Source: a virus (Duplodnaviria > Caudoviricetes). From it: a stretch of DNA of 44,043 nt. The position numbers were made by a program, and so were the translations under genes. The notes beneath the pieces are model-generated. The model had not been told where the DNA came from, searched no databases, and saw only the letters and a list, made by a program, of their open reading frames with translations. Below, in pieces: positions 26,621 through 35,843 of this stretch. The DNA lies in the IMG/VR virus record IMGVR_UViG_3300005326_000723, positions 1 through 44,043 of that record. One strand, written 5' to 3'. Each line of letters opens with the position of its first letter. The first letter of the stretch is position 1.

Positions 26621-27166
26621 TCAGGTTCGTTCGAACACGCCGGGGAAGTCCTCATGGCGGCTCCAGTTCTTGTAATGGATGTACTGTTCGCCATTCTGGC
26701 ACTTCACCAGGATGCGCGGTGGCCTGTGGGTCAGACAGGTCAAGGTGGCATGCAGGGTCTTACTTCCCATGGCGCCGTCCACCATAACGTCTGGAAAGAG
26801 TCGCTCGCGGGAGTTGAGGGCATTGAGTGCCCGTTGCAGGAACTTGATGCCATTGCCTGGACCACAGTTGACCGACGCCTCGAATAGCTCCTCGGCCACT
26901 GCCTCGCTCACTGGGTCAATCAGGTGGCATTGCAGCGATTGCCAGAACTCCTTTTGGTAAAAGGAGCGCACCAGGTCGGCCAGGCCGGTCGCCATGGACA
27001 GCGGTTCACCATGTTGGAGGCACTCGTCAATGATCGGCCAACCAGGCCACTCGGGGTGCTTGTTGCGAGCGATGCCCATATAAGTCGCGCCGCCGGGATC
27101 GTTCGGATCATTGGCATAGCCGCCCTCGTGCTGCATGGTGGTGGCGAATGCTCGGGAAAAGCTCAT
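26621..27166 (-). CDS. Endolysin, glycoside hydrolase family 108 with peptidoglycan-binding domain
   Basis: HEGGYANDPNDPGGATYMGI, VNCGPG..LQRALN, VDGAMGSKTL; GAGGG RBS. Confidence 0.92.
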   Translation of the reverse strand: MSFSRAFATTMQHEGGYANDPNDPGGATYMGIARNKHPEWPGWPIIDECLQHGEPLSMATGLADLVRSFYQKEFWQSLQCHLIDPVSEAVAEELFEASVNCGPGNGIKFLQRALNALNSRERLFPDVMVDGAMGSKTLHATLTCLTHRPPRILVKCQNGEQYIHYKNWSRHEDFPGVFERT

Positions 27167-27341
27167 GGTTCCCTCGTTGTCAGAAAAACTGGTGCGAGCG
27201 TTTGACGCCAATTGGCGTCAAAGCTGTTGCCTATTGTCTGGATTAAAGCTCTCAACCTCGAGAAGGGGCGGGTCAGGAGACCCGCCCCTGTCTCAGAGAA
27301 AAGGAGAGTGCATGGTCAACCAGGCAACGGTTGATGAGGGA

Positions 27342-27400
27342 ACTATAGAGGGAATGGTGGGGTGGGATAAGGCTGTGGTATTACAGAGGTAGGATTGCAG
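27342..27400 (-). promoter_or_regulatory. Putative Mor/C-activated late promoter
   Basis: -10 TATAGT (27342-27347) without a good -35; upstream direct repeat CTGCAAT/CTGTAAT; heads the late operon. Confidence 0.45.
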
Positions 27401-27535
27401 GGAGAGAGTGTTTTTGGAATAGCCATAGGTAAAATTACCTATGGAATTTTAATGTGTTTTGAAACTTGTCAAGGTTTTGTGTGGGTGGTACATCAAAACG
27501 GATCTGTTCATTTTTTCACAAAGAAAAAGGCAACG

Positions 27536-27988
27536 ATGAGCGGCAAGGAAGAATCTGAAGAGAATGTTGCTTGCAGTTTCTGCGGCAAGCTGCCCAAAGA
27601 CGTTGAACTCATGTTTTCCGGCGGAGAGCAACTCGCCATCTGCAATGAGTGCGTGACGCTTTGTATGGCCGTTCTGGATGATAGACAAGCATCTGACATT
27701 CCATATCCTAGATTTCTTGGCCAAAAATATCGGGAAACAAATCGAAAGCTCCGGCCTATAACCAAACTGCCGGAAGGGTGGAAGATCAAGGACACCGAGT
27801 TGTATGCCACTGAGCCCTATGTTACCGGTTGCTCCCCTGACGGAAAACGATATGCCGATTTTGCGATCCCCAAGCAGTTGGCCTGGTGGATCATAAGCAA
27901 TGATAAAGCACTGGATGTTGACGAGTTGAGAGAAGAGATCACCAAGCACCTCACGTATGTTGTCTGGCAGACTTTATTGAATTACTGA
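27536..27988 (+). CDS. ClpX-type C4 zinc-finger domain protein (cargo)
   Basis: CSFCGK..VELMFSG..AICNECVTLC matches the ClpX N-terminal zinc-binding domain pattern; no AAA+ domain follows. Confidence 0.82.
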   Translation: MSGKEESEENVACSFCGKLPKDVELMFSGGEQLAICNECVTLCMAVLDDRQASDIPYPRFLGQKYRETNRKLRPITKLPEGWKIKDTELYATEPYVTGCSPDGKRYADFAIPKQLAWWIISNDKALDVDELREEITKHLTYVVWQTLLNY

Positions 27989-28165
27989 AGGGCTCTGAAG
28001 TTAGGATTCGCTCCTCACTCCAACCTACGTGCTGGGCGACCCATCCTGTGGCCAGATGTTGAAATGCAAAATGGTGACAATTCAATACATGACCCCGAAA
28101 ATTCGTAGTGCATGCTGGTCCTGCTGTCGAGCTTTTCAATTTTCTATTCGTGAAGGAATTAGGAG

Positions 28166-30172
28166 ATGATCAATTTTCCTGTTTTTGAACAGTTGGAGGT
28201 AAGAGGCTACGGATTATATCCTGGAACTAGCGAGAAACCAGGCGTCAATATCCATTTCAAATCAGGTCTGACACTAATCCTGGGGGCTAATGGGCTAGGA
28301 AAAACCACCCTAATCACAATTCTCTACCGTATGCTCTCCGGAGCGTACGATTTGCCACGGGTAACGCTGGAAGCTGTTGAGTTAGGAGGCGCTTCTTTGG
28401 ACATCAAACCATTGAACGCCCAGGAAAAAGCATTGTTCGCATATCGAGTGCAGGATTTGGCAACCAATGCAGTCGCGATCTTGCAACTCTCGATTGGAAA
28501 GAATAACCTGACAATTCATCGTAATCTTAAAGATTTGAGCCTTGTCTCTCTCAGTTGCGACAATTCCAAAGTAGTCAAGGACGAGGTGGAATACCAACGA
28601 CTGCTCCCGACACTTTCCGGTGTGCATAGCTTTGGCGATTGGTTGCTGTTGCTGCGGCACATGGTTTTCTATTTCGAAGACCGGAGGGAATTGGTTTGGG
28701 ATGCATCTGCACAACGCCACCTCTTTAGAATGATGTTTCTCTCTCCTCAGGAAGCCGAGACTTGGTATCTGCGGGAGAGAAAAATACTGAGTCTTGACAG
28801 TCAATATCGTAACGATACAGCGTCGCTAAACCGACTGAAGAGGAAAATTACGGCTATTGATAGAGCGCAAGGCGATGAAGCGTCGTTACGTGCCGAGTTA
28901 GCTTCCTTGACAAGACTGCAAGAAGAGGATGACATGGCATATGCTATGCTTGTTGGCGAAGCCGATGTTTTGGACGACAAGCGACATGTACTTCGGAAAA
29001 GCCTGTTGGCGGCAGAGTTAGAAGCCGACAAACGAGCTCGCTCCCTGGAATTTGAGAAACTGACGTTACTCAAGAGCTACTTCCCCTCCGAAATGCAGAC
29101 AGCTCAGTATCTCTATTCATTGCTCATCGCACAAAACCATTGTGCCGTTTGTGGTAACGAGGCTAAAGCTGCGGCAGAGAACCTCGCTTCGCAAGTGACA
29201 AATCTCAAATGTATTGTATGTGGGAGTAATCTTGACCCCTCTACATCCACTGGAAACATTGTCTCTTTTTCTAAACAGAAAGTACAATCCTTGCACGAGA
29301 AGCTAGAAGCAGATAGGGCTCGCGTTTCTGGATTAAAAGACGAATTAAAAGACGTTTCAAATCAATATGACGCCGTTGCCACCCGTCTTATTGATACGCG
29401 AGCAGCGCTTGCAGAACGAGCAAAGCAGATCAGTCGGATCGAAAAAGCTTTGCCAAAGGATCATGGTAAAAATGCCCAAGCCAAGTCTGAGCTTTCTGCC
29501 TTGGGTGAGACTTTGGCTGCGGACAGGGCTGAGTTGTCCAGCCTCGCCAACTCATTTAAGGAGCTAATTGAAAAAGCCAATATCCAAATACTCAAACACT
29601 CCGGCGCAATAAAAGACACCTTTGCTACGTATGCTGGCGGATTTCTCGCTGAAGATGCTCAGTTGAAATGGTCCCCGGTGAGTAAGGCAGTAGGGCAAAC
29701 AGGGATCTCTAAAGCTATTTTCCCTGCATTTGATCTTGAGATGAGCGGCTCCGACTTTACTACGCGGATATCTCGAACAGGGCCACAGTCAGTATCAGAG
29801 AGTCAGCGGGAATTTATCGATTTAGCCTTTCGTATGGCTTTAATTCAAGTTGCTGGTCAAGGCAATGGTGGTTCGCTGGTAATCGACGCACCGGAATCTT
29901 CGCTTGATGCCTTCTTTGTGAAGAGGGCAGCGAATGTACTTTGCCGTTTTGGAAAACCTAATTCTAACAACCGTCTCATAATCGCATCAAATTTGATCGA
30001 TGGACAGTTACTACCAGAAATGATTAAGGGCGGCATCCCTGTCGAGGAACAGGATCAACGTCTTGTGAACCTTATGCAACTTGCTGTTCCCACTGCTGCT
30101 TTACGTGAAAATCGGTCAGAATACGAGGCTGAGTTCGAGAAGATTATGACTTCTGGAGGTCTCCGTGAATAG
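28166..30172 (+). CDS. SMC/Rad50-like ABC ATPase with coiled coil and central Cys pairs (putative defence sensor/motor)
   Basis: Walker A LGANGLGKTT; long coiled coils around CAVC...CIVC; degenerate signature VSESQR; Walker B/D-loop LVIDAPESSLD. Confidence 0.88.
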   Translation: MINFPVFEQLEVRGYGLYPGTSEKPGVNIHFKSGLTLILGANGLGKTTLITILYRMLSGAYDLPRVTLEAVELGGASLDIKPLNAQEKALFAYRVQDLATNAVAILQLSIGKNNLTIHRNLKDLSLVSLSCDNSKVVKDEVEYQRLLPTLSGVHSFGDWLLLLRHMVFYFEDRRELVWDASAQRHLFRMMFLSPQEAETWYLRERKILSLDSQYRNDTASLNRLKRKITAIDRAQGDEASLRAELASLTRLQEEDDMAYAMLVGEADVLDDKRHVLRKSLLAAELEADKRARSLEFEKLTLLKSYFPSEMQTAQYLYSLLIAQNHCAVCGNEAKAAAENLASQVTNLKCIVCGSNLDPSTSTGNIVSFSKQKVQSLHEKLEADRARVSGLKDELKDVSNQYDAVATRLIDTRAALAERAKQISRIEKALPKDHGKNAQAKSELSALGETLAADRAELSSLANSFKELIEKANIQILKHSGAIKDTFATYAGGFLAEDAQLKWSPVSKAVGQTGISKAIFPAFDLEMSGSDFTTRISRTGPQSVSESQREFIDLAFRMALIQVAGQGNGGSLVIDAPESSLDAFFVKRAANVLCRFGKPNSNNRLIIASNLIDGQLLPEMIKGGIPVEEQDQRLVNLMQLAVPTAALRENRSEYEAEFEKIMTSGGLRE

Positions 30173-30839
30173 TGTCCATACTCCCAGTCGGCTGGAACCC
30201 GTTGATCAGCACCGACGATGGTTGAGGATACTATCAATACTGGATGCTTGCCGTTGGGTCGGATTAACCCCTGTCACGACTAACTCGTTGCATGTCATTG
30301 CATATCTTTCCGAAGTATTCGCGCCCGTCTGGCAGGTCAAGTTGTTGAACGGAAAGGTGTTGAAGCAATTGACCTCTCCATACTATCCCACGCTCCAGCA
30401 GGATGTAGATCGTCTTATCGGGATGGGGCTCATCCGAGTCGACGAAATGGATGTTGGCCGAAATGATGATGGAGAGCCTGTCTTGTTACCAAAATTCAGT
30501 TTGGAAGTTGGACGCGTTGAGCCAATCTTGTCCGCACTGCGTGAGCTTCCCGGTGAAGAAATTGACATGGACTTTCTCCGTGAGGTCGTTCAATCATTTT
30601 CCATATTATCTGATGAACAGGTCCCAACATCGATGAATGAGGATGCTACTTACGGAGATCCCGCTGTTGATACAGGACAAGTTATTGACCTTGGTGAGTG
30701 GAAAAAAACAGAGGATACGGCCACCTCGCACGTCGTTGACCGGATTCGTGAACTTGGTGAAAACAGGCTGACTTCTGCGGAAGTCATCGATATGTACGTG
30801 AACCATATTGCCTATCGGGTAAACCATGGATGCCGCTAA
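30165..30839 (+). CDS. Winged-helix-like protein (ABC three-component middle-component-like)
   Basis: Overlaps the ATPase stop; LHVIAYL..SPYYPTLQQDVDRLIGMGLI resembles wHTH middle-component/Panacea-type folds. Fold is inferred. Confidence 0.65.
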   Translation: MNSVHTPSRLEPVDQHRRWLRILSILDACRWVGLTPVTTNSLHVIAYLSEVFAPVWQVKLLNGKVLKQLTSPYYPTLQQDVDRLIGMGLIRVDEMDVGRNDDGEPVLLPKFSLEVGRVEPILSALRELPGEEIDMDFLREVVQSFSILSDEQVPTSMNEDATYGDPAVDTGQVIDLGEWKKTEDTATSHVVDRIRELGENRLTSAEVIDMYVNHIAYRVNHGCR

Positions 30840-31905
30840 ACTGGGTCTTTGGGGAAATGACGATTTGACCGCTACGGTAAAATGCTATTCCGGAAGCCAG
30901 TACTATCAGCCTTTGCCAGATAACGTGCGTTTTGTTCACAGTGTCGCAAAGATCATTTCAACATGTCACGCGAGAGATAAAGATGAGCTTTGCTCAGCGC
31001 CTTCTTTGTATGTCTTAGGCACTGTGCCTGAAGGTGTAGTAAAGCCAAAGCGTGAGCCAGCCTTTAGTCTTGGTGGTGTCGTCGTCTCTGGTAAGATTTG
31101 GTTCGGTGCGCAGGCCATGAACTCTGCCAATGGTGTTGCGATACCAGAATGCAGCGACGCCGATGCTCTATTTACTTTCGTATCGGATACCTTGAAATCA
31201 GGAAGCAGACCAGCAATCTATTTCGATGGAACGGCTAACGAGGAAATCCTACGCTTCTTTCCCAAGGGAGTTGATTTCCCAGAGGAATGCGAGGATATAC
31301 CCCTCGGTGGAGCACACTTAAATGAAGCGACTCTTAAAATAATCCTGGACAGGATTCACGAGCGACACATGAAAACGCCAACTGCGTCGGCGCTCTCTGG
31401 CAAACTATGGTCGAATAAACCGAAATGTTATCCGACAGAAAGGGCTGAGTATGCTGTTCAAAGCATACTCGAAATTGGGCTCGGAACCGCACTAGGGAAT
31501 GTGCGAGCTAAACGAGAAGGGACAGGGGTCTATGGGCGTTATGACCTAGTTCTTGTTGAGCAGGATAAGCAGGATTCGTCGAAGGTCATTAATCACGCTG
31601 TGTTAGAGTTAAAAGTTATCAGGGGGTTCACATCCACCGGAGCAAAGGTTGCCGATATCACCAACCAGACTGCAGTATTAAAAGGAGTGAAACAGGCTTT
31701 CGCATATCGCCAGGAATGTGGCGCACGAATTTCAGCTCTATGTTGCTATGACATGCGGCCAAATCCGAATCTGCATAAGCACTCTGGACGCGGATGCCAA
31801 ATCGCGACTGATTTTGAGGTCGAGTTTTGGGCTTGGCCATTGTTCTCAACAACGGAAGCCGCAAGAGACAGGCTCGCTGAAAACCACTTAAACAAGGAGG
31901 CATAG
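30826..31905 (+). CDS. Putative PD-(D/E)xK restriction-endonuclease-fold nuclease
   Basis: C-terminal half has REG..GRYDLVL..VLELKV..GVKQAFAY (E, D, ExK, QxxxY); overlaps the upstream gene. Confidence 0.72.
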   Translation: MDAAKLGLWGNDDLTATVKCYSGSQYYQPLPDNVRFVHSVAKIISTCHARDKDELCSAPSLYVLGTVPEGVVKPKREPAFSLGGVVVSGKIWFGAQAMNSANGVAIPECSDADALFTFVSDTLKSGSRPAIYFDGTANEEILRFFPKGVDFPEECEDIPLGGAHLNEATLKIILDRIHERHMKTPTASALSGKLWSNKPKCYPTERAEYAVQSILEIGLGTALGNVRAKREGTGVYGRYDLVLVEQDKQDSSKVINHAVLELKVIRGFTSTGAKVADITNQTAVLKGVKQAFAYRQECGARISALCCYDMRPNPNLHKHSGRGCQIATDFEVEFWAWPLFSTTEAARDRLAENHLNKEA

Positions 31906-31943
31906 CAAGCGAGCAAGCCATCGCACGCTCTCAACCCGGATTT

Positions 31944-33260
31944 TCAGCGCTTCCTTAGGACAATCAGTGTTTCGTCCAACGCCTTTTGGCCGCCCTGCTG
32001 GGCAGACGCCCTCATCGAGCGGAAGGATTCGATGTTGACGACATTGTAACCTATGGCAGGAGCTAGCTCTTTGAGAATATCTGCTGTCGGCACCAGAATG
32101 CCAGCATATTGACTGTCGCCGACTACTGCCCACGTTTCTCCCTCTGGTTCCAGTTGCGTATAGAGCCCTTCAAGGACCAGTTTCATATCGTGAAAATATC
32201 CGCCTATCATTTCTGGAATCCATGGACTCCAAAGTTTGCCACGTAACTCTTCCAGTTCCTTGACCACCTGGGTCAATCGATAGGATCCCGTCGGAGGAGG
32301 AGGGTATTCACGCTTGACCTGTACGTGGGAGCAGAGCGTTGACTCACGTAATACTCGATTGTCCGGCAAGCAGGACAAATAGCCCAATATCCACAGTTCA
32401 ATGTTGTATACGTCGGTATAGTCGAACGAATTAGGGTATGGGGGTGAAAAAATAGCCCCATCAATTGGTCCAATTATAGAGGTTTTCGTCCGACAATCAC
32501 CACGAATCAATTCGTACTTCTGTTCTTTCCGGAATCGATATGAGTGAGCTTCGACAATCGCTTTTTGAGAGCGTTCGCAGAATAGGGAATCGAACTCATC
32601 GGGAGAAACTAACCGTAAATCCCAATTGTGGCGGTAACGCCGTCCCTTTCCGTTTACGACGGTGTTGCTAACGTAAACAAGCATGCCGCCAAGTTGAATT
32701 CGGAAGAAGCGACGGTGACAAGGGTTAGACAGGGAGTCAATTGCATCCAGGTAAGCTGCTATTTTGTATGCAATTGGTTTGTTGAATATCCACCGATTCG
32801 TCTTGTTGGATTCTACAAAAGTCGGCGGAAGCGTGGCAAACCGCTGTAAGGAGGATTTGGCAGCATGTACTGCTCGAACAATTCGGCCCAAACTTTGAGC
32901 CAGTTCATCGCTATTGTATGAGCAGAGCTTTGCCTCGATGAGGTCGGCCAGATAGGGATTGACCTCGATTGTAACTGGCTCTATGCCAAGGAATTGGCAG
33001 GTTAAGGCCGTCGTTCCGGACCCCCCAAAGGGGTCAGCGCAACGCAATAGATCCCGCTTTGATCCCTTGGCTGCCTTGGCGACTAGCTCCGGAGTAAAGG
33101 CTTCTTTGAAGTGGTGCCAAGTTTGAAACGGTAGCTTCTCGGCACCGGCATTAGTACCGAGCGCTAACACTTCCCGGTTTTGCGTCCACGATTCGAAAGA
33201 TACATTCAAAATGTCAAAATTTTCAGGCCTTACGGCCCATGATATACCTGTCGTGCTCAT
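31944..33260 (-). CDS. DNA amino-methyltransferase, probably N4-cytosine (motif I before motif IV)
   Basis: WHHFKEAF, DPFGGSGTT (SAM binding), FSPPYPNSFDY (catalytic), VVGDS. Alternative GTG start at 33266. Confidence 0.88.
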   Translation of the reverse strand: MSTTGISWAVRPENFDILNVSFESWTQNREVLALGTNAGAEKLPFQTWHHFKEAFTPELVAKAAKGSKRDLLRCADPFGGSGTTALTCQFLGIEPVTIEVNPYLADLIEAKLCSYNSDELAQSLGRIVRAVHAAKSSLQRFATLPPTFVESNKTNRWIFNKPIAYKIAAYLDAIDSLSNPCHRRFFRIQLGGMLVYVSNTVVNGKGRRYRHNWDLRLVSPDEFDSLFCERSQKAIVEAHSYRFRKEQKYELIRGDCRTKTSIIGPIDGAIFSPPYPNSFDYTDVYNIELWILGYLSCLPDNRVLRESTLCSHVQVKREYPPPPTGSYRLTQVVKELEELRGKLWSPWIPEMIGGYFHDMKLVLEGLYTQLEPEGETWAVVGDSQYAGILVPTADILKELAPAIGYNVVNIESFRSMRASAQQGGQKALDETLIVLRKR

Positions 33261-33317
33261 GGGCACACTTTAGCAGAAACCAATCAATCCTTCATCCTCA
33301 TTGTCGCAATAAATTTT

Positions 33318-33638
33318 TCAAAACAACCTCAACTGCCGCCCATCCATCTTCCCTAAAATATTCCAAATCTGCCGCTCCTGCAGGCCATACTTCCGGGCTA
33401 GGTCCGTTCCGGAATACCGGCCGGTGTCGTAGTCACGCCGGATACACTGATCCCGCCAACTCCGCCGCCAGCTCTTCCAGCCATAGATCCGCAGGGAGAT
33501 GCCATCAAATCGCTGGGCCAGCTTGAGGGCATTCCCCACGCCGATCAACTCCGCCACTCGGCGCATGTCGCCGTTCAAATCCTCCAGTCGTGGCCAGGCA
33601 TCCGGCGGCAATTCGAACGATTCATCCTGCCAGTTCAC
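33318..33638 (-). CDS. Mor/C-family transcription activator
   Basis: VAELIG..ALKLAQRFDG..IY..RDQCIR..LARKYGLQERQIWNIL; follows gemA. Confidence 0.9.
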   Translation of the reverse strand: MNWQDESFELPPDAWPRLEDLNGDMRRVAELIGVGNALKLAQRFDGISLRIYGWKSWRRSWRDQCIRRDYDTGRYSGTDLARKYGLQERQIWNILGKMDGRQLRLF

Positions 33639-34072
33639 TGGTTGCTTGTTCCTCGTATCTTCAACCGATGCTCCAGATCGGTTATCAGAATATGCAGGGC
33701 GTCATGATCCTCCAGCCACTCGAACCGGTCGACCCCAAACTGCTTATTGACCCTGGCATGGAGCTTGGGCATGGCGTAACCCAGCTCGTGCCACAGGGCC
33801 AACACCTTGCGCTGCTGCTTGGCGGCCGGGCCGGGTTTGATCTCAATGAACTGGCTACCGGCCTTCCGTTGCCGAGCACCGGTATAAGGTTTCGGCTCCC
33901 AGCCCTTGGCCTTGAACAGATTGATCAGCTCTCGAGCCTGCTGCTCGGTCAATTCCCTGGCCGATCCCACTCCGAAATTGAATCCCAGCATGTCCCGGTA
34001 GGTTTCCTCACTCAGGCCCAGTTCCTTCTTGGCAATATGAATCCTGGCCAGTGCACTGTTACTCGGCGTCAT
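33635..34072 (-). CDS. gemA: GemA-like protein (Mu gp16/DUF1018)
   Basis: LARIHIAKKELGLSEETYRDML..GVGSARELT..KVLALWHELG..FGVDRFEWL. Confidence 0.9.
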   Translation of the reverse strand: MTPSNSALARIHIAKKELGLSEETYRDMLGFNFGVGSARELTEQQARELINLFKAKGWEPKPYTGARQRKAGSQFIEIKPGPAAKQQRKVLALWHELGYAMPKLHARVNKQFGVDRFEWLEDHDALHILITDLEHRLKIRGTSNQ

Positions 34073-34586
34073 GTTGCTCTCCATGCTGTGCAAGAAATTT
34101 GCGCATGATCTCGCTCATGCCTTCTTCCGAGGGCTGACGGGACACCCGATGGGTACCGTCGATCTCCTGTTGCCGCTGTTGTTGTTCCTTGTGACCGTCC
34201 ACCTGGTTGGCTATCTTGTAAACGATGGATCGCAGATAGTTGTGGTTCTTCATCGGTAGGTCCAGAGTTCCGGCCAACTCCTGCATCCGCTCCATACCCA
34301 TCGCCCAGGAAACCGGGGAGCAGGTTCGATCTACCTTGCCCTTCTCTGAAATATAGCCCTTGGCAACCAGGTCGGCCAGGTCCCTGGTCAACCGTTCCGC
34401 CTTGGTCGGCTGAATGGCGCATCCCGAGGCGGGCCTGAACAGGGACAGATATTTGAGAAACTGCTTTTGCACTTCGCGAGGCAAATCCGAAAAAGCCTGC
34501 AAGAGTGCTCCATGTTCCGCTGCATCCGCAAAGCAAGTCACTGGCGCCTTGAATGCACATCGCGGGCATTTTCCGTTTACGGGCAT
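34059..34586 (-). CDS. Early-region protein with N-terminal CxxC
   Basis: CPRC, YLSLFRP and LPMKNHNYL motifs; usual position before gemA. Confidence 0.8.
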   Translation of the reverse strand: MPVNGKCPRCAFKAPVTCFADAAEHGALLQAFSDLPREVQKQFLKYLSLFRPASGCAIQPTKAERLTRDLADLVAKGYISEKGKVDRTCSPVSWAMGMERMQELAGTLDLPMKNHNYLRSIVYKIANQVDGHKEQQQRQQEIDGTHRVSRQPSEEGMSEIMRKFLAQHGEQHDAE

Positions 34587-34665
34587 TTTTCATGTTCTCC
34601 CTGGCTGCTCATCAGATCCGGAGCGCCACCGCCGGATGATCCCGGTCAAGCCGGGATTTCGCACG

Positions 34666-34800
34666 TCATTGCGGTCGCTTTGGCCCCGGCCAAACAACCT
34701 GCGCCTTGCTGATTTTCATTTCACACTCCGGACAGAGGCTATCCTGCTCGATGGCGCGGCCACAAGCAGCACAGAGCCAGGTGTGTGCTTTGACCTCCAT
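34666..34800 (-). CDS. Very small zinc-finger-like protein (44 aa)
   Basis: CAAC..CPEC; ATG 4 nt after the gam stop. Confidence 0.45.
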   Translation of the reverse strand: MEVKAHTWLCAACGRAIEQDSLCPECEMKISKAQVVWPGPKRPQ

Positions 34801-34804
34801 CTTC

Positions 34805-35335
34805 TCACACCTTTGCCGCCTCGAGTTCTGTTTCAAACGGTTCGACATTGAAATTCTCCCCAGCGCTGCCGATCGTCACTCCTGGCACCAACCTGGCGGC
34901 ATCGGGTTCGTCCAGCATCGCTTCCTTGTTCACCTCTTCGCGGATCCGCAGGAATCGTTTCAACCCGAGTTTCTTCAGCGCATCGATCACCGACTCCACC
35001 TTTCTGATCGTGACCCGTGGGGGCAAGGCCCGCCACGAGATGACCCCGGTGGCCAACTCTGCCGACTGGCGTTTTCCGCCACTGGTCAAATCGTCGCGGT
35101 GCGCAATGGCCCACGCCTGCAACCCGGTCAACAGCGCCTCGATATCCTCGCGGTAGGGTCGGGCCGTTTCCTCGTGCTCCGCCTTGATCCCGGCGATTTT
35201 GTCGTTCATCGCCGTCTCGATGCGCACCACTTCGCGCCGGTGCTCGCCGATCTGCCTGATCCAATACTCGGCTTCCTCCCGGCTCTGTGGCACAACGATA
35301 CGTGCGGTAGTTTTGCCCTTGATCTTGCCGCTCAT
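34805..35335 (-). CDS. gam: Host-nuclease inhibitor Gam-like protein
   Basis: VPQSREEA..IRQIG..MNDKIA..TGVISWRALPP..RIREEVNKEAML..GENFNVEP; GGAGG RBS. Confidence 0.92.
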   Translation of the reverse strand: MSGKIKGKTTARIVVPQSREEAEYWIRQIGEHRREVVRIETAMNDKIAGIKAEHEETARPYREDIEALLTGLQAWAIAHRDDLTSGGKRQSAELATGVISWRALPPRVTIRKVESVIDALKKLGLKRFLRIREEVNKEAMLDEPDAARLVPGVTIGSAGENFNVEPFETELEAAKV

Positions 35336-35712
35336 GCCTCCTCCACGTTTGCGCACATATCCTTACGGATGGTCATGCGGTCCAGGTTTACATAGGTGCT
35401 GATCTTATCCCGGCCCAATTCGCAGGCATAGCCGATGCTGACCAACTGGCGGCTATCCGGACAGCCTCCGCATTCATTGAACAGGTCGACGATCCGCTGC
35501 ACCTGGGCCACAGCATCGTCCCGGTATCCCTGCACTACCTCGGGGCACGCCAGGTGACGCTGTAATGCCTGGGTGATGCACCAGAGCCGAGTCAACTTGT
35601 CTCCCATGCCCTGATCCTGGCGGGCGACCCTTTGAATGTTGGCCTTCAAGCCATCGATTGCCATGCCGATTTCCGTCAACTGTTCAAGCATCTGCAACTG
35701 TTGCGTTTCCAT
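35332..35712 (-). CDS. Hypothetical early protein (126 aa)
   Basis: AAGGAG RBS before METQQ; stop overlaps the gam start. Confidence 0.7.
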   Translation of the reverse strand: METQQLQMLEQLTEIGMAIDGLKANIQRVARQDQGMGDKLTRLWCITQALQRHLACPEVVQGYRDDAVAQVQRIVDLFNECGGCPDSRQLVSIGYACELGRDKISTYVNLDRMTIRKDMCANVEEA

Positions 35713-35843
35713 TGTCACGTTCTCCTTCCGATTGCGGCCCGCTGCTCCAAGGTGTATTTTGGAACAGGAGCCTGGTTGATTCTCCTTCGCTCCACTCTCC
35801 TGGCCGGGGGATGCGCCAACATTCCCCGGCTTTTCCTGTGTAA

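Noticed and set aside
27395-27535. N-terminal extension of the ClpX-finger ORF, or a true clpX gene
   Set aside because: The extension starts at TTG in AT-rich intergenic DNA; no AAA+ domain is present.
28166-30172. DndD, SbcC, RecN or Wadjet JetC assignment
   Set aside because: No dndB/C/E, sbcD or jetABD partners; signature motif and neighbours differ.
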